64,000 nucleotides of DNA. Source: Campylobacterota bacterium. Its GTDB lineage: Bacteria; Campylobacterota; Campylobacteria; Campylobacterales; Sulfurimonadaceae. The DNA is taken from contig JAYEGK010000253.1 in NCBI GenBank assembly GCA_034716265.1, forward strand, positions 952 to 64,951. Reading direction: 5' to 3'. Below, piece by piece: positions 10,598 to 20,659 of this stretch (position 1 is its first letter; each line of letters opens with the position of its first letter). A program made the translations under genes and the position numbers. The notes below the pieces were generated by a model. It did not search any database. It saw nothing but the letters and a program-made list of their open reading frames with translations, and was not told where the DNA came from.

Positions 10598-11780
10598 GTT
10601 GTGTTCTCTCCCAGTCATACTCTGTTTTAGCAGAACTTTCTCTATCCTCTTGAATAATATAAACACCACTTACTATAAGTTCATCATCTAAGTTGTACTC
10701 TAAACCTATATCTTGTTCCGTTATATGCATCTTTATTCCATCACTGTTTTTATCACCATTGAAGTTACCATAACTATAAGAAAAATTAAAATTTTCATAA
10801 CTATAAGCTAGAGCAAATAGAATAACCTCTACCTCTCTATCTTCTGTAATCTCATCGATTATCATAGTATCCATATTTGTAAACATCGCACCACCACCGA
10901 TACCTGCAAAACTTCTTTTAGCCTCTTTTTTGATTGAGTTATTGTAAGCTAAAGTAACACTCATATCATAGATGGTTCCCTCTAACATCGCACCATAAAT
11001 ATCTGCTTCAACTCCACTATTATCTATCTCTCTTTCATTAAGATATTGAATAGCACCATGTATGGAGAGAGTATCATTGAAACTATATTCATAACTTAAA
11101 TCTGCATAGAGAGCATCTGTTTGTTCACCATCTAAAGAGATATTATAGTACCAAAATGAACTCTCTACAATGTCGCTATAACTCACACTTGCTAAAGTTA
11201 CACCTTTATCTCCTGTCGAGATCCAGTTATCATCAAGTCCAGCATCAAAACCATACCACTTTTGAATATTACCTGCCATAAAAGTAAAATCTGAAATCTC
11301 ATAAGTTGCCATATAAGCTTCAAATCTATTGGCTATCATTCTAATATCATCGCTATCAGCTAAAGGAGTATCTATAATTTGACGTCCTGCACGAAGATTT
11401 AAATCGTTATATTTATAGTTGATATAAACTTCACTTAACTGTGTATGCTCCTTCTCTGTTGAGGAGAGTTCATTGTTATGTTTCTCCTTCTCTCCTGTTG
11501 TAAAGAAGATATCCTTAGATGTAGTAAAAGCCACTGCACTATTGAAACCATTTAGAGATGCTAACTCATATTTTAATATCCCACCAGCAGCAGTTGCATA
11601 ACTGTTATGAGTTCCTATCTCTTTTTGCTTATAATCTGCAAAGATAGTTTTTAACTCTCCAGAAACCTTTGCTTTTTGAAACATACCTGTAAAATTATCA
11701 ACAGTTGAGATCTCCGATTCTGCTAAAGACGCTGTTATTGTTAAAGATGCTATTAAACTGATTTGTAATATTTTTTTCAT
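10575..11780 (-). CDS. OprD-family outer membrane porin
   Basis: Signal peptide, GRQIIDTPLADSDD motif, amphipathic beta strands, C-terminal YSF. Confidence 0.8.
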   Translation of the reverse strand: MKKILQISLIASLTITASLAESEISTVDNFTGMFQKAKVSGELKTIFADYKQKEIGTHNSYATAAGGILKYELASLNGFNSAVAFTTSKDIFFTTGEKEKHNNELSSTEKEHTQLSEVYINYKYNDLNLRAGRQIIDTPLADSDDIRMIANRFEAYMATYEISDFTFMAGNIQKWYGFDAGLDDNWISTGDKGVTLASVSYSDIVESSFWYYNISLDGEQTDALYADLSYEYSFNDTLSIHGAIQYLNEREIDNSGVEADIYGAMLEGTIYDMSVTLAYNNSIKKEAKRSFAGIGGGAMFTNMDTMIIDEITEDREVEVILFALAYSYENFNFSYSYGNFNGDKNSDGIKMHITEQDIGLEYNLDDELIVSGVYIIQEDRESSAKTEYDWERTQLMVKYSF

Positions 11781-11804
11781 TTTCGTCCTTTAATTGTTTG
11801 AAAA

Positions 11805-11854
11805 TGATAACTATTATCAGCTTAATATTATATTAATAGTGATAATCTATATCA
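11805..11854. promoter_or_regulatory. Two Fur-box-like palindromes upstream of the porin
   Basis: TGATAACTATTATCA (11805-11819) and TGATAATCTATATCA (11840-11854) versus the 7-1-7 consensus TGATAATnATTATCA. Confidence 0.65.
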
Positions 11855-11855
11855 A

Positions 11856-13169
11856 TTAGATCTCTGTTTTTAAAGATATAATAAATTTAGCTCCATCCCC
11901 TTCATTTTCAACCATAAGTGTAGAGTTGAAATGTTGAGTAATAATTTTTTTACTCATATACAAACCTATACCTGTCCCAACACTCTCATGTTTTGTAGTA
12001 AAATAGGGGTCAAATATCTTTTCTTTAATAGCTTCTAAGACACCACCTGCATTATCTTGGATAGTTATTAAAATATTTTCATTTTCTGTTAGCACTTTTA
12101 CTTCTACTGTTGGATGAACTATCTCTCTTTCCATCAAAACATCTTTTGCATTGTTTAAGATATTTATAAAAACCTGCATAAGTTCCCGTTCATAACCATT
12201 AAAATAATGTTTTTTATCTGAATTTTCTAAAATAAATTCTATATTATTTTTGTGATATTCAGCTTTTATTATATGAAATGCTTTTGTTAGCGTATCCTCT
12301 ATTAAAAATTCTGTTTTAATTTTTTTATCACTAGAGAGTGTTCTAAAATCATCAATAGTTTGACTCATATGCGCTGTATACTCTTTGACTTTTTTTGAAA
12401 CTGCTAAAAACTCTTTAGAATCGATCTGCTCTAGTTCATCTAAATCTATATCAAACTCTAAATCATTAAGTACATTATTGATAGCACCTATCGGTTGGCG
12501 CCATTGATGGGCAATATTTCCTATCATCTCTCCTATGGCTGCTACACGATTTTGAGATTCTAATATCTTATTTTGTCTATCCTGTTCTGTTATATCTCTA
12601 TGAAAACCTGTAATCCTAATTGCAACATTATTTTTATCAAAAAAAGCATCACTTACATCTTCAATCAATATTCGTTCCCCACTTTTTGTTATCAACAGAT
12701 AAACAATTCGAAAATGCTGATGATTTGTACGTTCACTACAATCTATTATTTTATGAATAGAGATAGTATGTTGTGTGATATAATCATCTGATATTAGAGA
12801 GATATAGTCAAAATATGTAACTTTTGCATCTTTTTCAAATCCTAAACGTTCCTTCCATTTAAGACTTAAATAAAACTCCTGTTTTTCAATATTAAAATCC
12901 CAAAAACCATCACGAGAGGAGTTTATAGCGGTTTCAAACCGATCACTTTGATCAAGAAGTGTTTTTTCAGTTTCCTCTACCTCTTTATCTAAAATCAGAT
13001 GGTCATTATGATGAATCAAAATAGCTATGATTAAAGCTATCTGTAAAATTATAGAGTTTACATTTACTGTAAAAAAAACAATATTGATTAATAAGAGAAA
13101 TAGAACAAGAAAATGAGCAATCTTTATCTTATTCTGTTGATTTAAGAGAAATCTTTTTATTTTTAGCAT
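11856..13169 (-). CDS. Membrane PAS sensor histidine kinase
   Basis: Two TM helices, PAS (DGFWDF...ITGFHRDITE), H-box IAHQWRQP, N-box NILNNAKD, DNAGG, GTGIGL. Confidence 0.92.
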   Translation of the reverse strand: MLKIKRFLLNQQNKIKIAHFLVLFLLLINIVFFTVNVNSIILQIALIIAILIHHNDHLILDKEVEETEKTLLDQSDRFETAINSSRDGFWDFNIEKQEFYLSLKWKERLGFEKDAKVTYFDYISLISDDYITQHTISIHKIIDCSERTNHQHFRIVYLLITKSGERILIEDVSDAFFDKNNVAIRITGFHRDITEQDRQNKILESQNRVAAIGEMIGNIAHQWRQPIGAINNVLNDLEFDIDLDELEQIDSKEFLAVSKKVKEYTAHMSQTIDDFRTLSSDKKIKTEFLIEDTLTKAFHIIKAEYHKNNIEFILENSDKKHYFNGYERELMQVFINILNNAKDVLMEREIVHPTVEVKVLTENENILITIQDNAGGVLEAIKEKIFDPYFTTKHESVGTGIGLYMSKKIITQHFNSTLMVENEGDGAKFIISLKTEI

Positions 13170-14168
13170 CTAAAAAAACTCTATTTCACTGTTTTGGATC
13201 TCTTTATCTTCTAAAAAATCGATAATAAGCTGAATATCATTTATTAAGGAGGCATTATAAAATCTTGGATTTTTTGCCTCTTTTTGCCATACATTTTGTC
13301 TATAATTTTCTAAAGTAAATTGTAATGATTCAAAATATATACCTGTTTGGTTTAAATCTTTCATAAATTTTTCTTGTTGATTTAGCATACTCTCACTAAA
13401 ATCATTTAAAAATGTAGCGACATCATAAAACTCTAAATAGGTATTTAAAATGGTTGCATATTTTTTATAGCTATTTGCAAGTTTATAGAGATAATCTTCA
13501 TTTAACTCTTCACCTTGAAACATCATAGCTATAAAGTTTGCAAGTTCGATAGAGAGATCTTCTAACTCATCTTTATCATCTGCAAGTAGAGTAGTAAAGT
13601 AGTTACTTATTGAAACAACCTCTTTAGCTACCTCTTTTTGAACTATATTTTTATTTGTTTGATGTGCAAGTTGATTTAATTTACCTTCAAGAACTTTATT
13701 TTTTCTTTCTATCGAATCAAGTTCATCTTCTAACTTTGTTTCATATTCTATGAGCAGTTTTCTATCGTTAACAATTTTACAAACTTTGTAGAGTGAGTTA
13801 ATCATACGTTGTTTATCAAGAGGTTTGTTTAAAAAGCTATCTACACCCAAGTTGATTAAGGTCGATAGTAGTCTTGATTCATTATGTGCTGAGAGAACCA
13901 CTACCATAGTATTCTCTTGCTCATATTTATAGATATTGTTTATAAGCTCTACACCATCCATTATAGGCATATTTATATCGGTGATAACAATATCGATATC
14001 CTCTTTTTTATATATTTCAAAAGCTTCTTGACCATTGCTTGTGACATAAGCATTTTTAAATATTTTTTTCAATGTTGTCTGCATACTTTCACGAAGAATA
14101 TCTTCATCTTCTGCATATAAGACATTCAAGTTTTTACTCTGCTCTCGTAAATCTCTTCCAGTAACCAT
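13170..14168 (-). CDS. Response regulator: REC, coiled coil and helical C-terminal domain
   Basis: YAEDE, TDINMP and KP receiver motifs; no recognisable DNA-binding domain. Confidence 0.85.
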   Translation of the reverse strand: MVTGRDLREQSKNLNVLYAEDEDILRESMQTTLKKIFKNAYVTSNGQEAFEIYKKEDIDIVITDINMPIMDGVELINNIYKYEQENTMVVVLSAHNESRLLSTLINLGVDSFLNKPLDKQRMINSLYKVCKIVNDRKLLIEYETKLEDELDSIERKNKVLEGKLNQLAHQTNKNIVQKEVAKEVVSISNYFTTLLADDKDELEDLSIELANFIAMMFQGEELNEDYLYKLANSYKKYATILNTYLEFYDVATFLNDFSESMLNQQEKFMKDLNQTGIYFESLQFTLENYRQNVWQKEAKNPRFYNASLINDIQLIIDFLEDKEIQNSEIEFF

Positions 14169-14318
14169 TCCAATTCCTCTACTCTTATATTGTTAGATTA
14201 TAATCTTTTCTTTTAAAGTAAATCCTTAAAAGTGTTGCTATATATTTACTCTTTGTATATAAAATTCTAATATTAAAAATTTACTTTATGGTTAAAGTAT
14301 AAAACAAGGAAACAGATT

Positions 14319-15017
14319 ATGGGATTATATGATCGTGATTATGCAAGAGATGGTTCTTTTGCTTATGAAACTACAACAAAGACAGAAACTCAAATCATCT
14401 CTTTTGTAAAAGAGACATATAAACTTTTTGCAGCATCTATGATGGCTGGTGCAGTTGGTGCTTATGTAGGTGTTCCTATGGCGGGAACTATTGCAGCTTG
14501 GTTTTGGCCACTATTTGCTTTAGAGATAGGTTTACTTATCGGTTTACAGTTTGTAAAAACTAAACCAGGTATCAACTTAGTAGTAATGTTCTCATTTGTT
14601 TTTATGACAGGTTTAATGTTAGCTCCCTTACTTGCACGTACACTTGGAATGAGTGGTGGTGGTGTTATTATCGGTAATGCTTTTGCTATGACATCTGTTG
14701 TTTTTGCTGCAATGAGTTTTTATGCTATTAAAACTACAACAGACTTTACAAGCTATGGGAAACCATTAATGATAGCACTTTTCGTAATTATCGGTTTTTC
14801 TATCTTAAATATTTTTATCGGTAACCCTATGTTACATGTAATCATCTCTGGTGCTGTTGTAATGCTATTTAGTATCTTAGTTATCTATGACACTCAAAAC
14901 ATTATGAATGGTGCTTATGAAACACCGATTGATGGGGCTATCGCACTGTATTTAGATTTTTTAAATATTTTTACAGCACTTCTTCAACTATTTGGTATCT
15001 TTGGTAACGATGACTAA
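14319..15017 (+). CDS. Bax inhibitor-1/YccA family membrane protein
   Basis: Seven hydrophobic helices; YDTQNI and ALYLDFLNIF motifs. Confidence 0.92.
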   Translation: MGLYDRDYARDGSFAYETTTKTETQIISFVKETYKLFAASMMAGAVGAYVGVPMAGTIAAWFWPLFALEIGLLIGLQFVKTKPGINLVVMFSFVFMTGLMLAPLLARTLGMSGGGVIIGNAFAMTSVVFAAMSFYAIKTTTDFTSYGKPLMIALFVIIGFSILNIFIGNPMLHVIISGAVVMLFSILVIYDTQNIMNGAYETPIDGAIALYLDFLNIFTALLQLFGIFGNDD

Positions 15018-15420
15018 AGAAAATTTATCTCCCGAACTCTTTCGGGTGATAGATGCAAACTTGAACCGTCTAAAAGAGGGTATTCGTGTAGTAGAAGATA
15101 TAGTGCGATACCGAGATAACAACAAAGAACTCTCCTCAAAATTAAAACAACTTCGCCATAGTGCAAAAGTAGATATTACTATTGAACTTTTAATGCAACG
15201 TGATAGTATAAATGATGTACTACGCCCCTCTATCAAAAGTGAACTTTATCGTACGGATATTATAGCTATTATTATTGCAAATTTTAAAAGAGCAGAGGAG
15301 TCTTCTCGTGTTTTAGAGGAACTTTTTAAACTTTACAATACTCAATACAGTGAAAGATTTAAACATATTCGTTATGAGTTATATGACTTAGAGAAACAGA
15401 TAGTTCTCAATGAGGATTAA
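15010..15420 (+). CDS. Stand-alone ThiD2-type domain protein (thiamine biosynthesis)
   Basis: RVIDANLNRLKEGIRVVED...ANFKRAEESSRVLEE...RYELYDLEK; ATG 15010 overlaps the preceding gene end. Confidence 0.8.
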   Translation: MTKENLSPELFRVIDANLNRLKEGIRVVEDIVRYRDNNKELSSKLKQLRHSAKVDITIELLMQRDSINDVLRPSIKSELYRTDIIAIIIANFKRAEESSRVLEELFKLYNTQYSERFKHIRYELYDLEKQIVLNED

Positions 15421-15423
15421 TAG

Positions 15424-16065
15424 TTGGTTTTTGGAAAGATAGAGTATCTAAACCTTCTGCCCTTTCATATTTTTATGAAACGTTTCACTAAAAGCTCTCA
15501 ACAGAGTATGAGTATGCATTATAAAAGAGGTGTTCCCTCTAAAATAAATAGAGAGTTTCAATCTCATAGGGTGGATGCAGCTTTTATCTCTAGTATCAAA
15601 GCAAAAAAATATCAAAATGTCGACTTGGGTATCATCGCAAAACAGGAAGTTTTAAGTGTTTTGGTTGTTCCAAATCTAAAAAATATCACAGACAATGAAT
15701 CAGCATCTTCAAATATTCTTGCAAATATTTTAGATATCAAAGGGAAAGTTCTTATTGGGGATAAAGCACTTCGTTACTACCTAGAAGATAAACCCCATAT
15801 AGATTTAGCTAAAGAGTGGAGTGATAGATATAAGTTACCCTTTGTTTTTGCTCTTCTTTGTTTTCATAAAGATGAAAAGCTTTATAAAACAGTTCAAAAA
15901 CAGTTTTTAAAAACAAAAATAAAAATTCCACAATATATACTTAATCAAGCTTCAAGAAAAACATCTATTCCAAATAAAGAGATTATAAATTATCTGCAAT
16001 ATATATCGTATGATTTAGATAAAAAAGCTAAGATGGGACTTAAAAAATTCTATAAACTGCATTAA
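15424..16065 (+). CDS. mqnA: Chorismate dehydratase (futalosine menaquinone pathway)
   Basis: GKIEYLNLLPF, VLIGDKAL, DLAKEW and LPFVFA motifs. Confidence 0.85.
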   Translation: MVFGKIEYLNLLPFHIFMKRFTKSSQQSMSMHYKRGVPSKINREFQSHRVDAAFISSIKAKKYQNVDLGIIAKQEVLSVLVVPNLKNITDNESASSNILANILDIKGKVLIGDKALRYYLEDKPHIDLAKEWSDRYKLPFVFALLCFHKDEKLYKTVQKQFLKTKIKIPQYILNQASRKTSIPNKEIINYLQYISYDLDKKAKMGLKKFYKLH

Positions 16066-16170
16066 ATAGCTATTTTAATATAAAATTCATCCATTTTACT
16101 TGACATATAAATTGTTTTCGACTATAATTTCGGCTCAACAACAATGACACTGTCTTGTTTTTGTGTAGGT

Positions 16171-16248
16171 CGGGGTGTAGCTCAGTATGGTTAGAGTACC
16201 TGGTTTGGGACCAGGGGGCCGAAGGTTCGAGTCCTTTCACCCCGACCA
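16171..16248 (+). tRNA. tRNA-Pro(TGG)
   Basis: Cloverleaf CGGGGTG...CACCCCG-A-CCA, anticodon loop TTTGGGA, T-loop TTCGAGT. Confidence 0.97.
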
Positions 16249-16287
16249 CTTTTAAAATTAACAAGATTTATATTTAGACTTAACTAT

Positions 16288-16365
16288 GGTGGGATTAGCT
16301 CAGTTGGTTAGAGCACTGGTTTGTGGTGCCGGGGGTCGCGGGTTCGAATCCCGTATCCCACCCCA
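16288..16365 (+). tRNA. tRNA-His(GTG)
   Basis: G-1 plus GTGGGAT...ATCCCAC-C-CCA; anticodon loop TTGTGGT. Confidence 0.96.
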
Positions 16366-16413
16366 TGATTTAAATAGATATAAAACTTAATAACAGATAA
16401 CTAATATGTAGTA

Positions 16414-16490
16414 GCGTTCGTGGCTCAACTGGATAGAGTTTCGGATTTCGGCTCCGAGGGTTATAGGTTCGAATCCTATCGGGCGTACCA
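16414..16490 (+). tRNA. tRNA-Arg(TCG)
   Basis: Anticodon arm TCGGA-TTTCGGC-TCCGA, T-arm ATAGG-TTCGAAT-CCTAT, CCA end. Confidence 0.95.
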
Positions 16491-16502
16491 CCTTTAGAAT
16501 AT

Positions 16503-16579
<77 letters not shown>

Positions 16580-16636
16580 CTTACAAATATTATGTTATAA
16601 TGTCAGAAGTGACAATAAATACTCTACATATAGTGC

Positions 16637-16721
16637 GCGGATGTGGTGAAATTGGTAGACACGCCAGACTTAGGATCTGGTGCCGCAAGGTGTGAAGGTT
16701 CAAGTCCTTTCATCCGCACCA
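16637..16721 (+). tRNA. tRNA-Leu(TAG)
   Basis: GCGGATG...CATCCGC-A-CCA, anticodon arm CCAGA-CTTAGGA-TCTGG, long variable arm. Confidence 0.96.
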
Positions 16722-16808
16722 TAAATAAATCTTCTCTCTTATAAAAATCAAAAAAACTAATTTATGCTATACTCATACTTAACTAAATAAATAAAATAAA
16801 GATAAAAT

Positions 16809-17024
16809 ATGAAAATATGGAAAACAGATACTCAAACACCTACACATCGTTTAATAAAACTTCAATGTGAGATGCATAGTGACTATACCTATTTTGGTGA
16901 TTTAAACGATGATAAGATAAAAGATTTTTTCTTAGAGATCCAACCTGAGATGAATGTAGAAAAAAACTTAAAACTCTTACACTATTTTGGTTATCTACAT
17001 CTTTTTATTATTCATAAAAAATAA
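16809..17024 (+). CDS. Hypothetical protein (71 aa)
   Basis: ORF just upstream of ppsA with plausible composition; no motif recognised. Confidence 0.6.
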   Translation: MKIWKTDTQTPTHRLIKLQCEMHSDYTYFGDLNDDKIKDFFLEIQPEMNVEKNLKLLHYFGYLHLFIIHKK

Positions 17025-17047
17025 CTACTCTCTAAAAGAGGATTTCT

Positions 17048-19432
17048 ATGCAATATATCCGTTTTTTTAATCAACTTAATATAAATGATATTTCTATCGT
17101 TGGTGGTAAAAATGCATCTCTTGGAGAGATGTATAAAAGCTTATCGGTAGATGGAATAAATATTCCAAATGGTTTTGCTACTACGGCGGAAGCTTATTGG
17201 TTACTTCTTGATGAAAACAGTATCAAAGATAAGATTCAAAAACTATTATCGGGTCTTGATATCTCCGATACCTCAAATCTTCAAAAAAGAGGTTTAGCTG
17301 TTCGTTCCCTTATTTTAAACTCTAAACTTCCATCTATTTTAGAGGAGGAGATCTTAAAATCTTATAGAACTCTCTCTAAAGAGTATAACTCTGACTCCAT
17401 AGATGTTGCTGTTCGCTCCTCTGGAACTGCTGAAGATCTCCCAGATGCTTCCTTTGCAGGACAGCAGGAAACATTTTTAAATATTAGTACTCCAGAGACT
17501 CTTCTTCAAAGTGTAAAGGAGTGTTTTGCTTCACTCTTTACAGATAGGGCAATCAGTTATAGAGAGAGTAGGGGATTTAATCACTTTAAAGTAGCCCTTT
17601 CTGTGGGTATTCAAAAAATGGTTCGAAGTGATAAAGCTTCTAGTGGCATAATGTTTACACTCGATACAGAAAGTGGTTCTCAAAATCTTATTTTAATAAA
17701 TTCTATATGGGGTTTAGGTGAAAATGTTGTAAGTGGAAAAGTAAATGCTGATGAATTTTTTGTATTTAAACCTACTCTGAAAAACAATATAAACACGATT
17801 TTAAAGCACTCACTAGGAAGTAAAAAAGAGAAGATGCTCTATTCCAAAGAGGAAAACACTACTCTTAATGTAGAAACTAGCCTAGAGGAACAAAATAGCT
17901 TTTCCATAAATGATAAAGAGGTTATAGAGTTAGCTAAACAAGCACTACTTATCGAAAAACACTATAATCGTCCAATGGATATAGAGTGGGCAAAAGATGG
18001 TAATGATCAAAAAATTTATATCGTTCAAGCAAGACCTGAAACTGTTCAAAGTAAACTTCAAAACAACTCAACAATTAATAAATACTCTATAAAGCTACCC
18101 TCAAAATATAATATTTTAACATCGGGTAGAGCAGTTGGTGATAAAATAGGTACAGGAAAGGTAAAGATAATCAACTCTACCTCAGAGTTTTCAAATTTTA
18201 AAGATGGTGATGTTTTAGTAGCAGATACAACAAACCCTGATTGGGAACCCATTATGAAAAAAGCATCTGCTCTTGTGACAAATCGTGGTAGTCGTACCTG
18301 TCATGCTGCAATTATCGCTAGAGAGATAGGAGTTCCTGCCATAGTTGGTTGTAGCGATGCTACTACATCACTTAAAGATAATCAAAAAGTCACTGTGTGT
18401 TGTGCTGATGGAGATGAAGGGTATGTTTATGATGGAGTTTTAGAGTTTAAAAAAGAGAATATAGATTTAGAGCAATTAAAAGAGACGAAAACAAAACTTT
18501 TTATGAATATTGGAAATCCAGCAGAAGCTTTTAACCTTGCAAAGATGCCAAATGATGGTGTTGGTCTTGCTCGAATGGAGTTTATAATAAACAGTGCTAT
18601 CAATGCTCATCCTATGGCATTGGTAAATATGAATAAAAGCAATATTGTCGATGATATGCAAAAAATAAAGCTATTTATGCTTCCTCATACAGATACAAAA
18701 CAGTTTTTTTTAGAAAAGTTAAGTGAAGGGATAGCAACAATTGCTGCCGCTTTTTATCCAAAACCTGTTATCATAAGAACAAGTGATTTTAAAAGTAATG
18801 AATATAGAAATATGCTCGGTGGGAAAAAATTTGAAGCGATAGAAGAGAACCCTATGATAGGTTTTCGTGGAGCAAGTAGATACTATGATGATAGTTATCG
18901 TGAAGCCTTTGAATGGGAGTGTGAAGCTCTTAAAATCGTACGAGATGAGATGGGTCTGACAAATGTAAAAATTATGATTCCTTTTGTCCGAACACCACAA
19001 GAGGGAAGAAAAGTTATAGATATAATGAACTCTTGTGGACTTATTCAAGGTGAAAATGCTCTTAAAATCTATGCGATGTGTGAAATACCAGCCAATATAA
19101 TTTTAGCAGATCAATTTTTGGAAATTTTTGATGGTTACTCTATCGGTTCTAATGATTTAACACAACTTGTTTTAGGAGTAGATAGAGAGAGTGCAAAAAT
19201 ATCTCATATTTTTGATGAACGAAATGAAGCTGTTACGACAATGCTAAAAATGGTGATAGATTCATCTAAAAAAAACAATAAATATATAGGTATCTGTGGT
19301 CAAGCTCCCTCAGATTACCCTGAAGTAACAGAGTTTTTAGTTCAAAATGGCATAGACTCAATATCACTTAACTATGATTCACTCTATAAGATGCATAAAG
19401 TTGTAAGCTCTTTAGAAAATAGATTAAGTTAA
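17048..19432 (+). CDS. ppsA: Phosphoenolpyruvate synthase
   Basis: GGKNASLGEM, VRSSGTAEDLPDASFAGQQ, TCHAAIIARE phospho-His, SIGSNDLTQ. Confidence 0.97.
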   Translation: MQYIRFFNQLNINDISIVGGKNASLGEMYKSLSVDGINIPNGFATTAEAYWLLLDENSIKDKIQKLLSGLDISDTSNLQKRGLAVRSLILNSKLPSILEEEILKSYRTLSKEYNSDSIDVAVRSSGTAEDLPDASFAGQQETFLNISTPETLLQSVKECFASLFTDRAISYRESRGFNHFKVALSVGIQKMVRSDKASSGIMFTLDTESGSQNLILINSIWGLGENVVSGKVNADEFFVFKPTLKNNINTILKHSLGSKKEKMLYSKEENTTLNVETSLEEQNSFSINDKEVIELAKQALLIEKHYNRPMDIEWAKDGNDQKIYIVQARPETVQSKLQNNSTINKYSIKLPSKYNILTSGRAVGDKIGTGKVKIINSTSEFSNFKDGDVLVADTTNPDWEPIMKKASALVTNRGSRTCHAAIIAREIGVPAIVGCSDATTSLKDNQKVTVCCADGDEGYVYDGVLEFKKENIDLEQLKETKTKLFMNIGNPAEAFNLAKMPNDGVGLARMEFIINSAINAHPMALVNMNKSNIVDDMQKIKLFMLPHTDTKQFFLEKLSEGIATIAAAFYPKPVIIRTSDFKSNEYRNMLGGKKFEAIEENPMIGFRGASRYYDDSYREAFEWECEALKIVRDEMGLTNVKIMIPFVRTPQEGRKVIDIMNSCGLIQGENALKIYAMCEIPANIILADQFLEIFDGYSIGSNDLTQLVLGVDRESAKISHIFDERNEAVTTMLKMVIDSSKKNNKYIGICGQAPSDYPEVTEFLVQNGIDSISLNYDSLYKMHKVVSSLENRLS

Positions 19433-19450
19433 ATAAAAAGGAAGTTTGAT

Positions 19451-20032
19451 ATGAAAAAAATAGTTGGTGCAATAGTAGGTTTATCACTACTAGTAAGTAG
19501 TGCAAAGGCAAATATGTTTATAGGTGCAGATTATATTCTTGAAAATAGTATGACTTATGAGACTGAATATGAGGATTTTGATCACACTTTTGAATCTGAC
19601 CCTATCGATATCTCAGGATACTCTATTCTTCTTGGTTGGGGTAGTGTAGATACATCAAGTTTTAGAATCTACTACTCTTTACAAGAAACGGAATATGATT
19701 ATGAACAAACTGAATATGGGTTTAATCATCGTTTATATTTTGATGCAGCGAAAAAAGTTAAATGGTCTATTCAATATGGTTTAGGTTTGGGTGAATTAGA
19801 AAATGAAGAGTTAGAAAACTATGTTATAGGAAATATCGGTCTTGGATTAAGTTATCTTTTAAACAAAAATGTAGAGTTTAGTTTGGGTTATGATATGAAA
19901 TATACACAAAGAGAAGAAGATTATTATACTCAAACAGGTACAGGTTCAAACATCTACCTCGGTGTGAGCTATTGGTTTGGAGAGAGTCCAGAATCTGAAA
20001 ATAGATCTTTGCCTAGAAGAAGAGATCGTTAA
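19451..20032 (+). CDS. Small outer membrane beta-barrel protein
   Basis: Signal peptide and about 8 aromatic-rich amphipathic strands (YLGVSYWF) plus a short C-terminal tail. Confidence 0.7.
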   Translation: MKKIVGAIVGLSLLVSSAKANMFIGADYILENSMTYETEYEDFDHTFESDPIDISGYSILLGWGSVDTSSFRIYYSLQETEYDYEQTEYGFNHRLYFDAAKKVKWSIQYGLGLGELENEELENYVIGNIGLGLSYLLNKNVEFSLGYDMKYTQREEDYYTQTGTGSNIYLGVSYWFGESPESENRSLPRRRDR

Positions 20033-20068
20033 ATTAAACAACTCTATTTAAGTAAATAAAGGAAACCC

Positions 20069-20653
20069 TTGGAAAATACGCAAGATATAGAATTTGAAGA
20101 TGCTGTGAAAAAGATGATGCTTCATGTTGGGGAAAACCCATCTCGTGAAGGTCTTTTAGAGACTCCTAAACGAGTAAGAAAAGCTTATGAATTTATTTAT
20201 GGAGGCTATAAAGAGAATCCAAAAGAGATACTTTCTAAAGCACTTTTTACAAGTTCAAATGATGAGATGGTTCTTATCAAAGATATAGAGTTTTACTCTA
20301 CTTGTGAGCATCATCTTCTTCCTATTATTGGACGTGTTCATGTTGCTTACATTCCTGATGGTAAGGTAGTTGGGCTCTCTAAGATACCTCGTGTTGTTAA
20401 TGTTTTTGCTCGTCGTATGCAGATTCAAGAGCAACTAACAGAACAGATTGCTGATGCGATTATGGATACTATCGCTCCTAAAGGTGTAGCAGTTGTTATT
20501 CAAGCACGTCATATGTGTATGGAGATGCGAGGTGTTGAGAAGATAAACTCTACTACTACCTCTTCTGCTCTTCGAGGATTGTTTAAAAAAGATGAAAAAA
20601 CTAGAAATGAATTTTTCTCTCTTATAAACTCTCCAAATGGTACACGTTACTAA
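20069..20653 (+). CDS. folE: GTP cyclohydrolase I
   Basis: [37 protein letters not shown]. Confidence 0.97.
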   Translation: MENTQDIEFEDAVKKMMLHVGENPSREGLLETPKRVRKAYEFIYGGYKENPKEILSKALFTSSNDEMVLIKDIEFYSTCEHHLLPIIGRVHVAYIPDGKVVGLSKIPRVVNVFARRMQIQEQLTEQIADAIMDTIAPKGVAVVIQARHMCMEMRGVEKINSTTTSSALRGLFKKDEKTRNEFFSLINSPNGTRY

Positions 20654-20659
20654 TATTTT

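Noticed and set aside
16070-16264. 64-aa minus-strand ORF
   Set aside because: It is the antisense reading of tRNA-Pro.
16414-16490. tRNA-Arg with TCG rather than ACG anticodon
   Set aside because: This is normal for Campylobacterota.
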